A stretch of DNA of 64,000 nt from Chara braunii. Its lineage: Eukaryota; Plantae; Charophyceae. Under the pieces are notes generated by a model, which was given only the letters and a program-made list of their open reading frames with translations, was not told the origin of the DNA and did not search any database. The stretch covers positions 73,747 through 137,746 of the forward strand of contig BFEA01000037.1 of NCBI GenBank assembly GCA_003427395.1. Reading direction: 5' to 3'. The first letter of the stretch is position 1. Every line of letters starts with the position of its first letter. Shown piece by piece: positions 23,321-37,307 of this stretch. Both the position numbers and the translations under genes were made by a program.

Positions 23321-26300
23321 GGGCGAGATTTAGAGATGGTATGCAGAGAAAATACAGGTTGGGCGATGGCTTGTTGACTACGACGGACTTGGACGCTATG
23401 AATAGGGACGACTTTACCACTCTCGGGACCCTTGCGGAAGAATTAAAGAAGAAAGCAAGTAAGGTCCTAGGAATTTCAAAAGAAGCGCAGTATGCTATCT
23501 TCCTGTGACTGTTTAATGCCTCATAGGTCCAAGAGCTGACAAGTCAGAAAGGAGGTAGTGAGAAACTCACCTGCACCACAATCGACAAGGGCGTGTGAAG
23601 AGGGAAGTGTAGACTACGTGGACCAGTATCACATGCGCCAACCGAAGCGAAAGAGGAAGAAGCGTGATGCAACTACCTCAGGGACTGCGGGGGCAAAGAG
23701 GATCATTACGGACGTACTCGCAGAATTAGGCTATGGAAAGGATATCGTGGTACAAAAGAAGGTAGTGACCACGTTGCAAGGGAACAGAAAGGAATCAGTG
23801 GTAGAGGAGGCTGCTCAGGAAGAGTGGGAGGATAGCCAGTACCCCAACATCTTGTGAAAGCGCAGCGTAAGCAACGCAACCTTACACAAGGGGGACAAAG
23901 CTCCGGAAAAGGGCAAGCACCTCAAGCGTTGGCAGTGGCCTCGCCAACTCCGTGAAGTAGTGCGGAACCCTCACAAGCAGGGGCACCACCATACGGACCG
24001 TGGCCATGACCTGTTTTTAACATCTTCGTACCATGAGGTGGTTCGGTTCCGTCTGGTCAGATGATACCTTATACAGGGCCTCAAGTGAGTATGCCGTCGC
24101 CAAGTTACCCCGCAGTACAAGCCCAACCAATGGCGCCACCTCCGTCACCTGCACCGCGGAGCTTGCAAGCTAGTGTGGCAGGAGGAGAGAGTCAAGGCTA
24201 GGGCAGTCAGGGAATGGAGGAAGAGGCGGCGGAAAAGGGCGAGCTAGGAACGGAGGAGACCAAGGGGTTCAATGGAATAATCAAGGTCATCGGGATCTGG
24301 ATAGCCAACGTGGCCAGGGAGGAGGTCAAGGATATGGAAGAACTCGTTTTGATTCGCGAAACGCTGTTTGCCGGCATTGTGACAAGCAAGGTCACACAAT
24401 ACGTTTCTGCAATAAGAGACGGGAAGACAAGAGAAATAAATTGATCTCTTATAATATGGAAGGGGATATATATGATCAGTTCGGAGAGTGGGTGTGGCGG
24501 AAAGACAAGAGAAATAGATTGACCCCAAGGTCCATGGCGGAGTAAGGGTGGAAGCTCCTAGGAGAGTAGCCTCGCGACAAGCGCCACCAACCACGTTCTG
24601 GCTGTGGCAAGAAAAGGACGAACCACCCGTGAGAGTGGAGGAGGTGGGCGAAAATGTGGAAGTGACCCAACGGCCGTGAGCTGGGATCCTAAGAGAGGAG
24701 TCTATAATTATCGAGCTAAATGAAGAAGGCTCTGATGAAAAAGATAATCCTGCATCAATAATCTTGGGCAAGATGAAAGACTTATTGGAGAAGATGGAGA
24801 GGTACCAGCAACAACTGATAGGTATGTGTGTTTTCCTTTATGAGTGCGGCCCAGAGTCAGTATTGGCATGACAAGGGTACTCTGGAGTGGCAACGGTAGG
24901 ATCAGGCCCAAGGTCCGGTATGACCTATAGGCCCCCTACGACGCAATGAAGAACTGCATTAGCAGCCCCAACTAGGGGCCAAGCGAAGGCAAGTGCTAGC
25001 CAGGAGCCTCCTCGAAGAGAGCCTGAGCTGAAGCGAAGAAAGAAACATGTGGAGGTTGAAGAGGATGATGATGAAGACGAGGAAGATGAAAGGTTTCGCT
25101 AAGAGGAGGACAGGAGAGCGGAGCAAAAGGCGAAGAAGAGATGACCCAGGAAGAGATCGAACCGATTCTGCGCGATGTGGCGCCAAAAAAAAAAAGTATG
25201 CGGTTCATTTGGAAGAAGGTTTTGACGTGGAACGGTTGGTGGACAAGTTACTTGAAGATCTTAATAACCTTACAAACTTGAAAGATATCCAATCGTATGC
25301 TCCCAAGCTCCGTGATGGGTTGAAAGGAAGGCTCTCGAGGCGATTAGTGTCGAATGTCCATCTTAGTACGATCTTGTTAAAGGAGGCAGAGTGGGCTGAA
25401 ACTGTAACCAAGATGGACTGAAAGTGTGTGGCTTGTGAATGGTGGATTTAGTGGTGAAAAGGTTAAAGTGTTCATCAATGGTAGATACAGAGGCAGAATG
25501 AATATTATCAGGGGAGTTGATGCACTTAGGCTGGGGATGGAGGTAGACCGTTCAGTTTGTGGCATCTTGCTTGGTGTCAATTGTAAGGCGGTGTTTTGTG
25601 GGACGACTTCGAATGTGGTCGTCGAGGTTGGCAAGGTAAAGGCAATGACTTGTTTCTTTGTCATGCCTGATGTGGACCACGCCATCCTTCAGGGGAGATC
25701 GTTCCTGTGCAGGACTGAGATATTAATCTTCAACAAACACGATGGAACGATGATCAATCACGTGAGATCCTGCATGTGAGTACTATGAGATCGTGACCTC
25801 CAGGAACATAGGACCTAGAAGTATAAGGAATCGACCCAATCCTGACTCGTTCACAGTGGAGGAATCCGAAAATGAGAGGCGACGGCTTCTAGAGGAGCTA
25901 GAAGAGGAAGGAAGGATGAAGGTGTTTTCACTCAGTTTGACGGGCGTGAACAAGGCCATGAACTTGGTGGCAACTCATGAGTTGGCAGACTCAGAGGCCA
26001 TCAAGGCTTTAAGGGAGCAGATCTTGGAAAACCCTTAAGTTGGGGAAGTGGAGTTGACTTATCGACTTCCGGGAGGAGGAAGAGATTCTGCGATGATGCA
26101 AGCACAAACAGTAAGCCGTTTTTTTTTAGGGGACGACTCAAGCAGGGTTCCCAAAGGTGGTACAAGACAATAAATAAGAAGTGTCGTCCAATTTCCGTTC
26201 TCGTTACAGAAGACGAGGAAGCTTACTACGAGCGGGAGTAGTAAAGCTTCCTCTCAATCCCGCGATTGGCCCATGCCGTATCAACGAAAAAAATGAGGAG

Positions 26301-28395
26301 AAGCTGATAGTGGAAGAGTCGGGGATTCTGTCACCCCAGGAAAGAGTTATAATGGTGGAATTGATGATGAAGTGACGTCGCGCTTATGCCTTTGATAAGG
26401 AGGTTGGATGTAAATAAGATTCTGATGATTCGGATCCACACCGTACCGCATGAGCCATGGAATTTGAGAGGCGCACGATACCTCAATCATGACGAGGAAA
26501 AGAAAGTGGTATCCTATTTGGATGGTAAGACGTGAACGCATGCTGCTGACCATTCAAGCAGGCTATACACATCCTCGTGGCTTTGTTTTGTCAAACCTAA
26601 CGGGGTGTTGCGGTGAGTGCAGGACTTGCAGCGACTGAACTCTCTAACTATGTGAGATGCGAGAGGTTTGCCTCACGCGGACGCACTGTCAGAATCGTGT
26701 GCAGGAAAGTCTACGATTTCGCTTATAGATTTTTACTCTTGGTACGACCAATTTCTTGTTTATTCGTCAGATAGACCGATGACAACAATGCATACGCCTA
26801 GGGGGTTGATTCATATGAATATCGTCCCGCAAGAATGAACTAATGCGGTGGCAATGGTTCAAAGACATATGATCTGGGCTATGCAAACAGTTAGTCCACA
26901 CATCACACAACCGTACATTGATGATTTAGTAGTAAAGGGGCCAAAAGAGAAGGAAGGAGATAAAGTCTTGCTAGGAGTAAACGATTTGTTTGGAAGCATA
27001 TTCATGACCTTAATAAGGTCCTGAGTTTGCTAGAAGAACGTAATCTTACGACAAGTGGTGCCAAATTCAAACACTGCATGAGGGAAGCTACCATTTTGAG
27101 GTTCGTCTGTAACGAGAGCGACTATCGGCCGCAGGTGAAAAAGACGGACAAAATTATCGAATGGCTAGTACCGCTCCATTCGATAACAGATTTTAGGAGT
27201 TTCCTTGACACGTGTGGGTTTTGGAGAAGCTTCATTAGAAACTTTACTGCCAAGATGGAGCATTTAAGATAGCTAGTACGTCAGGATCAGGAATGAGTAT
27301 GGGGTGACCAGGAGAAAGTTGTGACAGAAATGAAGGTGAAATTTCAAAACGGAGGTTTAGTATTGGGGGCGCCAGACTATGAAGCCACTGAGATGAGATC
27401 TTTCATCATAGAGACGGACGCTGGACTGACTGTCGTGAGAGGGGTCCTGATACAGGTAGATATTGAAGGAAAGAAGAAGCCGCTGAGATTTGAGAGCACG
27501 ACGCTTAACACAATCGCGATAAATTACTCTCATATTAAAAAGAAGACTCTAGCCGTTCTTCATTGCTTGATAATCTTCATGAATTATATTTTGGGCAGGA
27601 GATATATATTGAGAGTGGACCCAATCGCACTCGCTTGCTCCTTGAAGAATTACACTCCATTAGATCCAACAGTTGCCAAATGGTTGACATACATCTCGAT
27701 ATTCAACTTCGAATTGGAGAGAACTCAAGAAAATAAGAATAGAGCAGATGGGTTGAGTCGCATCAACTGGAACAAGCCAGAAAAAGGAGCAGTAAAAAAT
27801 ACGTCGTCAGTTAATGGATTATTTGATCAGGAGGAGGATGTCCGTCTGCATATGAACAAGTGCTCCCTCCGAGTGCCAAATTGCATCGGTCACCCCATAT
27901 GAATGACACCACGAGGGTATGAGCAAAAGGTATAGTTAGTTCTCAAACCTTTCGAGGAAGAGGATCCATGGGGAGACAAGGATATTTAGTGGATAATAGA
28001 ATTGGCACTAGCAGGCAGTCATAGTCTGGTGGATGAGGTAAGAACAATAAAAGAAGGTTCTAATCAGGTAGAGAGGCACGATGAGTTGATAGGAGGAATG
28101 TACCTCCTCACTAATACGCTTCTGCAAGGGAACTTTGACAAAAAAGGCTCGTTGAATCCGATTAAGGTGAGGGCTTAGTACCAAAAAATCAGGACGACGA
28201 GTTCGAGGAGGGAAAAATTAAGAAAGCGTTTCGTGCAAAAGAATATGATGAGATCTACCTAGAACTTTGACTTCTTTTATCATGTGAGATGAGTGATAGA
28301 GATGTGAGTGAGAAAGTACAAAAGATAAGGCATCTCTATCTGGGGTGAGACGACCATCTCTTTATAAAACGACAAATAGGGAATCCCAAGAGATT
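23320..28395 (+). pseudogene. Decayed Ty3/Gypsy gag-pol (gag, CCHC knuckle, protease, RT, RNase H; truncated before integrase core)
   Basis: CRHCDKQGHTIRFC at ~24370; protease-like region 25426-25779; RT PYIDD at 26911-26925; RNase H ETDAG...RVDP...NRADGLSR in 27321-27902. Many stops and frameshifts. Confidence 0.9.
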
Positions 28396-29378
28396 TCACA
28401 TGTGGTCAACAGACCCCAAAATCTTCGGCGAATGATCCACCGAAGCTTACACCGAAGTTTTAAGGTAATTCGATAAGGAATTGGATTTTCCTTTTGGCGA
28501 TGTTTTTTTTTGGATTGTGTTTCGCCAAAGAAGTTTGATTGTTCTATAACCACTACTATTCTTGTTGTGACCTTCGCCGCTGAATTTGTGGCGAATTGGA
28601 AGGTAACTCATTTGTAATGCATCATTTTTCCTTGCCGAAAGTTGCGTTGCACGCCGTTCGCGTTCGCCGGCGAACGCGAACACGTTCGCCCTAACATGCT
28701 CGGGCTTGAAAAACAAACAAACGCGAATGACTTTTTTTTTTTTTTTTTTGGGGGGGGGGGNNNNNNNNNNNNNNNNNNNNNNNNNNNNNNNNNNNNNNNN
28801 NNNNNNNNNNNNNNNNNNNNNNNNNNNNNNNNNNNNNNNNNNNNNNNNNNNNNNNNNNNNNNNNNNNNNNNNNNNNNNNNNNNNNNNNNNNNNNNNNNNN
28901 NNNNNNNNNNNNNNNNNNNNNNNNNNNNNNNNNNNNNNNNNNNNNNNNNNNNNNNNNNNNNNNNNNNNNNNNNNNNNNNNNNNNNNNNNNNNNNNNNCAC
29001 ACACACATAGACAGACACACACACAAACAGACAAACAAACAGATACACACACACACAGACGGGGGCATCGTGGGCAGACTGTCGGGGTTCAGCCTACCGG
29101 TAAGTCGGCACAGTCATACTTTTTTGAGTGTATAGCGAATATGACAGCACACACACACATACACACACACACACACACATACATTCACACACACACACGG
29201 GGACACACACATAGACAGACACACACACAAACAGACAGACACACATACACACAGACAACCCCCATTCCACCGAGATGAGCAGATTCAAAATCAAAACATG
29301 GTCAATGTAGCAAGTTCAAGCAACCCCTCTAACAGACAACGAAAGCCCTTGAGTTCGGACAGCCCAATAATGAAACAG

Positions 29379-29426
29379 TCATGGACGACCACATTGCTGA
29401 GTTGCTGCTATCTGAGTGTGTAAGCA

Positions 29427-29477
<51 letters not shown>

Positions 29478-31845
29478 CAGTAGGCTCCGTCCTCCTCTTC
29501 TTCCTTTGCAGTGGTGCACTCTCACGAGAGTCATCATTTGACTCCTCTCCTGTTGCTGCCGCTTCCTGTCATTTCTCTTTTCGTGGTCGCCCTCTCGGAC
29601 GGCCTGAGCCTCGCGCAACCCCCTGAGTTTGCCCTCTCCCACGTCCAGCAGTCGGCCTCCCTCGTCCTCGCGGAGCACGATAGGCGAGGGGATCCGATAC
29701 ACGACCGGGATGCGCTCCATGCCGCCCAAGGAGAGGCGACTGCTGACTAGAACCGTAAAATCCTCACACCTCGCTGCGACCCTGCTCGCCCTCTGCCTCA
29801 CCCTCCTCGTGCACATCTCTGGCCGACTACACTGCGGTCTTCCGGTGGTCTGCGGGATCCACCCTTTGCTGCTCCCTTCTCCCTCTGCTGCTGCCGCTCC
29901 TTCTCCCTCTGCTGCTGTTGCTCCTCATCCCTCTCATGGTGCGGCTGCTCCTTCTCCCTCTGTTGATGCGGCTCCTCATCCCTCTCATGTTGCTGCTGCT
30001 CCTTCTCCCTCTCATGCTGTTGCTGCTCCTCATCCCCTTACTGCTGCTCTTGCTGCTGCTCCTCTGCAGGCTGCTTATCCTCGTCGTGCAGCTCTCGCGG
30101 CTTGGGCCACCCCTGCTGCTCCTCAACCTGCTCCTGCTGCCCCTTTGGCCGCGCCCGATGAGCCGCTCCATGACGCTCTCGAACTGTGCCACGAGGTCGA
30201 CATTACTGAAAATAGTAACGTCCCTCAACATAGGATCCAACAGCCGAGCAACGACGTCGATGTGGCTGAGCAACATGTCGGTCCTCTTGCCTCATCCCTC
30301 AGAAGGTCCTCTCGCTGTTCCGCGGTGAGGGGGGTCGAGCGAACAAAGTCGGGAACACGACACGCCATATCATAGATGCGTGACAAGCAATGGACATCTT
30401 TGTCCACCTCTTGCAACACATTATAAGGCCCCTTCATGACGGCAGTCAGCTTCTTGACATCAGCCCAGAATGCTTTGTCAAGAACTGTATCCTCCACAAA
30501 GTCGGCTTTCGCCCTGATATCCCCTCGCCACAGCATGGTCTCCCATCCGTGTCCGGTGACGACTCGCACAATGGCCCTCTCGCACACCTCAAGTCGCTGC
30601 AGCATCACGTAGTTCGTCCCGAACCTGGTCTGAGCAGGCCGAAGGAGGCACGTGCAATCCAAGTCGGGGTACTTCAACAGTTATGTCCTGAACTGCGACC
30701 GAAGCCACCTGTGAACCCGGAAGAAGTTCACTACTTTGTTGGCCTTGGTGATGATGACATCCGCCCACTCCTTCTTGCCTATATCGTGCATGAGGAGGTC
30801 CATGCAATGAGTTGTGCAAGGGATCCAATAGATCTGCCTGAACTCGGGGTCCTCCCTCAACATCCTCGCGGCACTCAAATTCCCGACGAAAGAGTCAGTG
30901 CATATCGCCGTGATCTTCTCCACCCCCCACTCCCTGAAGAACCGCTTCCACCCGGCAACGACAACTGCAGAGTCCTTGTCTCCCTCGCTCACATCCTCGC
31001 ACTTCACGAAAACAGGCTTCGACCGGCCTGCAAGGATGTAATTCATAAGTGATCGCCCACAAATGTTTGTGGCGCCATCAGTTATGAACGTGCATCCAGT
31101 CACCTGCCAGTCGTCACGGACCGCCTGCTTCTCATCCACCAACCTCTTGTTCAAACGATCAAGCACGCGACACCTGAGGGGGTTGTACCTAGTGGGCACG
31201 AGAGGGTGACTCCCCACAAGCTGTGGCCCAATACACGTCAGCATGAACTTCTTGAAGCTCCTGCTTCTGGCGGTGTTGAACGGGATCGTGTTCTCCACGA
31301 CGAACTCGCAGCAGGAGTCATTTATGTCCTCCTGCCTCGGGTTCTTCGCAAACCTCCTGATGCTCATCTGCTTCACCGGGCCATGTGTGCGCGCCCCCTG
31401 CACCACAACCCTCGAGGAGCCAGCCCTCCCTACAGTAAGTAGCAAGGCCACCTGTCACAACACCCCTCGTCCCCTCATCCTCAGCGATGTCAACCTCCCC
31501 GGTGTCCCCACCAGGTGCCTCCCTGGGATCCTCAGCAATCCCGCCTTTGCCCCCTTCTCCTCCACCCGCAACAGGAGTGTCCTCCTCGTCGCTCTTCTCC
31601 ATCTCCAACATGCGCTGCACCATCTCATGCAGGTCCGTTGGCAGCTGTACACCGATGCCATGCAGCCTCCTCCAAATCGACAGGTTTGAATGTGGACACC
31701 TGGCATACGCCCTCGCCAGAATGAAATGCTCCCACGCACGCTTCCGATTCCCGGAGTACTCCTTGTTGCAGAGTTTGCACCGCAGTCTTCTCGACCCACG
31801 AGCATTGCCCGACAGCATCTGGCCAGGAGTGACCGAAGTCCACAC
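29379..31845 (-). pseudogene. hAT transposase (BED finger + DUF659), disrupted
   Basis: LRCKLCNKEY...WEHF (BED); GCTFITDG...LMNYIL; WIPCTTHCMDL; LLRPAQTRF. Split over several frames. Confidence 0.9.
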
Positions 31846-33068
31846 GACGTGGTCCCTGTTCTAGGTCATGTCCTCCCGGAACGGGTCCCGTTGCTCCCCT
31901 GCCATGACGCCGGTGATGCTGCGGAGTCAGTGTAGACGACTTGCTGAAGTGGTTGCTGCTGACGTGGTTGCCGCTTTTGATGCTGTCACGGGAGCTGGCA
32001 CTGGAAGATGCACACAAACGATTGTTGAAGCGGTTCCTGCTCACGTGGTTGTTGCTCTCGTGGTGGCTGCTCACGTGGCACTGGGAGGTGCACTGGCTTT
32101 CAATGTGGGTGCTGCAGCTCCTGCTGAAGCGGTTGCTGTCACGTGGCTGTTGCTGACGTGGCAGGTGTGGACGAAACACCTGCTGACGTGGCAAACGCTG
32201 ACGATGCACCTGCGAGAACAAGGAGCAGAAGAAATGTCAATTTCGGTGGAGAAGAAAAAATCGAAAAAAAAAAAAGCGGAGGAGGGGGAGGACGAGGGAG
32301 GGGGAGGAGGAGGCGATGGAGGANNNNNNNNNNNNNNNNNNNNNNNNNNNNNNNNNNNNNNNNNNNNNNNNNNNNNNNNNNNNNNNNNNNNNNNNNNNNN
32401 NNNNNNNNNNNNNNNNNNNNNNNNNNNNNNNNNNNNNNNNNNNNNNNNNNNNNNNNNNNNNNNNNNNNNNNNNNNNNNNNNNNNNNNNNNNNNNNNNNNN
32501 NNNNNNNNNNNNNNNNNNNNNNNNNNNNNNNNNNNNNNNNNNNNNNNNNNNNNNNNNNNNNNNNNNNNNNNNNNNNNNNNNNNNNNNNNNNNNNNNNNNN
32601 NNNNNNNNNNNNNNNNNNNNNNNNNNNNNNNNNNNNNNNNNNNNNNNNNNNNNNNNNNNNNNNNNNNNNNNNNNNNNNNNNNNNNNNNNNNNNNNNNNNN
32701 NNNNNNNNNNNNNNNNNNNNNNNNNNNNNNNNNNNNNNNNNNNNNNNNNNNNNNNNNNNNNNNNNNNNNNNNNNNNNNNNNNNNNNNNNNNNNNNNNNNN
32801 NNNNNNNNNNNNNNNNNNNNNNNNNNNNNNNNNNNNNNNNNNNNNNNNNNNNNNNNNNNNNNNNNNNNNNNNNNNNNNNNNNNNNNNNNNNNNNNNNNNN
32901 NNNNNNNNNNNNNNNNNNNNNNNNNNNNNNNNNNNNNNNNNNNNNNNNNNNNNNNNNNNNNNNNNNNNNNNNNNNNNNNNNNNNNNNNNNNNNNNNNNNN
33001 NNNNNNNNNNNNNNNNNNNNNNNNNNNNNNNNNNNNNNNNNNNNNNNNNNNNNNNNNNNNNNNNNNNN

Positions 33069-33114
<46 letters not shown>

Positions 33115-33486
33115 CGACGAGGAGAGAGAGGTGGAGAACGAGGGAGGGGGCGGAGGAGGAGATGGAGGAGGGGAGGAAGAAGAAGAAGAAGATGCGCGTG
33201 CTAACGTGGCAGCCGCGCGACGAAGAGGAAGATGACGAGGAGGAGGAGGTGGAGAGAACGTGTGTGTGTGTGTGAGAGAGAGAGAGAAAGAGAGAGGGAG
33301 GATGAGGAGAGAGAGAGGTGGAGAACGAGGGAGGGGGAGGAGGAGGAGATGGAGGAGGAGGAGAGAAAGAAGAAGAAGAAGATGCGTGTGCTGACGTGGC
33401 AGCCGCGCGACGAAGAGGAAGATGACGGGGAGGAGGAGGTGGAGAGCCGAAGAAAGGTGTGTGTGTGTGTGTGTGTGAGAGAGAGT

Positions 33487-34416
33487 GTGGCGAACTGCGG
33501 CAGCACAGTCCGAGCAGCCATGTTCAAATCTCAAGCAAGCAAACTCATAGATGAGAACGCGACATAGCCAGTTCGTTTGCATGAAAAGGCACATGTAAAC
33601 TGCATACAGAGCAACACGTGGGTCCCCCGACCGGTTTTGCCTGTCCACACAGGCATCATCAGGAGGTGGTTCAGCAGAACCTTCGTGCTCGAAAGGGAAG
33701 CTCATGCCTTGCTTCCCCGGTTAAATAGTATCCCAGTGCCAGTCTCATGCCTACCTCTGACGTAGTCGCACAAAGACGAAACTAAAAAGCATGATACCGG
33801 AAAATAGTTGCAAAATCCCCGGCGACCAAGACTAGTCTTTCGAAAAGGTGCCCGCTCGTCCTTCCCATCGAGCGCGCACATACCTAGCCGTAGAAGCAGG
33901 TGTGATCCATTTTTGCCAGCTGCCCCGTCCCAGGGCACCTTCTCAGCCTGTCAAAACTCTCGGTACCGTCCCCTCGGCACTCGGGAAGGTTCACCGTTCG
34001 GCTGTGAACCGTCACGGGCGAACTAAGGATCGTATCGATCGTCGGTCGTTACTTCAAAATTTGTGCCACACAGGGCCGGCCCTATTCTACTCAAAATCGC
34101 AGTCCAACTACGATCCCATAGTTCCAACCCTACCCACCACCAAAACGGCTACCTTTCGACGAACGCTCAAATGATGTTAGGTCGAAAATGGAGAACGAGA
34201 AAAAAGTAATAATGCAGACAAAACAGCAGAAAGAGGGGTCGTGCATCTTCGGTCTATCAGATGAGCCCCCTTTTCTCTCCCCCTCCCCTGGCCCCCTCCG
34301 CCCTCCTATGCCCATTACCTCCGTCCACTGCCCCCAGCAGCCTTGGCAATAAAGGACGGAGCAGCATGCAGGTTATGTAGTGCTCTGTTCGGCACAACCT
34401 GGCCAACATGGCCAGG

Positions 34417-34418
<2 letters not shown>
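33487..34418 (-). repeat. PLE pseudo-LTR (3' copy)
   Basis: High identity to 39377-40315. Confidence 0.9.
33624..33667 (-). ncRNA. Minimal type-I hammerhead ribozyme, core-mutated (GAAA>AAAA)
   Basis: ACCTC-CTGATGA-TGCCTGTGTGGACAGGC-AAAA-CCG-GTC-GGGGG. Confidence 0.75.
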
Positions 34419-34460
<42 letters not shown>

Positions 34461-34549
34461 GGAGAGAGCATGGCCAACATAGCCAACATGGAGTGCTCTG
34501 TTCGGCACATCCCTGCCCAACATGGCCAAGGCACCGAGAGAGAAGCCCT

Positions 34550-37307
34550 GGAGGTCTGCCTCGCAGATCGCGAAAACCACGGCTCCGAGGACTAGTTCCT
34601 TGCTTGTAGTCTGGTTCCACGGTCTACGGATTGTGGCGGAAAGCACACCCTTCTTCACACATTTTGCCGAGTAGGACTCGTAGTCCTGCATGGTCTAAAA
34701 AAGTAACTCCCCTTGCACGTAGAGAGCTTCCGTGTTCTTGGTATAGGGTACATAATGAAGAGTCAGCGGTGGACCATTGATGAACATCTGGCCACCCACG
34801 AAGGGCCACGTGAGCCCACAATCGTCCCTTCTCACGATCTCCAAGTGAGAATCGTAGATGTCCTTGAAAGCTTCAAAGAAACGGTTAGGCCAACGTGAGT
34901 CCTGCGGATCCAGCGAACCGGCAATGATCGTAATGTCATCCATCAGCCTCCAGCCACCTACCAACATTCTATACGATCCAAGTCCACTAACGAACTGCAG
35001 TTATGCCATTGCACAGGTCACCGAGGCGAGATTAGGGCTCGTAGACTTGCCCATCGGAATACCAAACACCTGTTTGACAACCTTTTCTCCACACCTCACA
35101 ACTGCATGGTTCAAGTCGAATCTGATTACCTCCATTATCTTCCTGAGAGTGATACCAACGTACCCTTCCACCTTCTTCTTAACTCGGCTGATGATGCACA
35201 GCTTGCCCCTCGTTGAGACTCACACTTGCTTCCACCCGTCATTCTCGTATCTTCTCAGCAACTGATGCACCGCTTGGATTATCGAGCCGTGGGGGATCCT
35301 CGAGAACATTTCCTTTATGTCGTAGCACCTTCCGACTGCTTGGATACAACCAGCTGCTCTCAATCTCTGCGTGGTTGCTTTGAGGCGTTCCGCTAGCTCG
35401 CCGACCGAGTTGAGGAAGGTGTTGTTCGCGGGTAGGCGCGTCGGTAAGCAGTGCAGTGCCCTCGCTGTTCTCCTCGTAGCCAGTCCGACATGATCTGCCG
35501 GAGCCGGTGCTATGGGTCTCCAGCGAGCCAAGTCCTTCTGTTTCAGTATCACGTACGCTGTACCCAGTCGACCGTCTGGCTTCCATTTACCGATCGAATC
35601 CAAACCTCGCATGAGAAAGTATTCCCTAGCCTTCTTCAGGATAGACACCTCGTCATCGATGCTCCCAATAGTTACGTAGTTGGAATTCCAAGCGAACGTC
35701 TTCCCGAAGCCGTGCCTGTACAGGACTGGACAGAACACTGCAGTGTCCCCCTGTTTCCGATCTTCGGGAGTGAGAACCAGCCCCTCAAAACGGGAACCCC
35801 AGTCTTTAATCTGCTCGTCCGACCAAGCCGCGAAGTTGATTTCCCGGTTGGTGAACACGGCTTCTGGAGTAATGGAAACAACCGAGTTGCCTTTCAAATG
35901 CATCGTCGCTTCGCAGATCGCTCGTCTGATCGTGCTCACTTCACAAGCTCTTGCCGGTCTCGAGATATTCTTCGAATTTCTCAGGAAGTGGGGAACGGCA
36001 AGCTCCGAGAATCTCGTCAGTACATATCCCTCCCGCTTCGATAGATTGAAACTTCTGCAAGGGCAAGGGTGTTCAACTACCGTCGTGTACTTCTTTTGAT
36101 TAATCAGAAGTTCTCCTACATTGCGGTTCCTTTTCCAGACTATCCGAATTCTAGTTTTTATAAAATCCGAGAGGTGCTTCTCGGACACCGTGCTATCCAC
36201 CACGAGCTCAGTCAGTCTTCTAATCTTCGCCTTCTTGATCCTGGAATCATACGGTAGCCTTACGTTAACCCTCTTCCGCACGCTTACTTTACACTTCCTA
36301 AAAATTATCCTATCCAGTTTCGTTCTAAGCCTGTGTTTAGTTTTCTTCTCAGTAAACAAGCTCGCTGTCCCATAGAGGCCAATCAGCTTCCCAGTTGTCA
36401 TGTTGAGGAGCTGTGAGTCAGGTCTTGGTCTGCGCAGAAGCGCTTCCAACAACTTTTTGTTTCGCTCAGTGGTCGTTTTTGCTCTGATGATCTGTACAAC
36501 CGTGACGACGCCCCCCAGCTGGAGCTTTGGCTACGCATCTTGTAGGCTTACTACTTCGTTGCCAAGTCGAAGTAACGAATCCCCAAACCTGCGTCTAATC
36601 TTTCTCCACCTTTCATTCCAAGTCGTACCTCCCTTGACTATGATATCCAACTCCTCGCCTCCTTGATGCTCCGACAACCAGACTAGTAGCGAGGCGATTT
36701 TCATCCCTTGGTGAGTGATCGTACGCAGGCTCTCCGTGCTCACAATCCCTGTCCTCCCTTTCCTCTCCCTTCTGCCCCGTCGTCTCCTGATCTTTCCCAG
36801 CTTCTCGCCCTTGCCTATCTCACGTGTGTTCAGACCTGAGTTAAACTCAGTAATAAAAAACTTCTCGAATGCGTAATCGTCGACGCTGTTCGAGTGCCTT
36901 ATCGGGATCATTACATACCTATCCAACCCGAATTTGCGTAGCCAGCGGTACAAGTGAGGTGCCCGACCTAGACTATCGCTCAGAGTGTTCCGACAGTGCT
37001 CCCTCCACCTCTGGATTAATGGTCTGACAGTACAACCTATATAAGCCTTCTTGGTCCACGGACTCACGATGGCATACACCCCGCCCGATTCTAGGCTCAA
37101 CAGATCCTTGACCTCGTGAGATCTATCTAGGAACTTCTCCAACCACCGGATCTGACCACGCGCGGCTGGTAAAACGGTGGTTGATGAGATTGCGCACTCG
37201 ATCTTTCTACCTACTTCGCCGGTTATACCACGCTCCCTCAGAACGGTCCTTTGTTGGAACCAATAACTTAGCTTGTCCCATAATTCAGCATTCGCGGGAG
37301 TGAACCG
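34550..37307 (-). pseudogene. PLE GIY-YIG endonuclease + reverse transcriptase, single frame with in-frame stops
   Basis: GVYAIVSPWTKKAYIGCTVRPLIQRWREH; RWRPI; CYDIKEMFSRIPH; KQVFGIPMGKSTSPNLA; WRLMDD. ORFs 36531-37142, 35220-36452, 34695-34967 and 34257-34691 share one frame. Confidence 0.9.

Noticed and set aside
31868-33705. Long ORFs spanning N-gaps and low-complexity tracts (also 28447-29278, 40150-42088, 52094-53679)
   Set aside because: Artefacts of Ns and of simple repeats that lack stop codons.
35220-35222. Selenocysteine UGA in the PLE RT
   Set aside because: The same frame also has TAG and TAA stops and no SECIS was identified. CGA>TGA decay is simpler.
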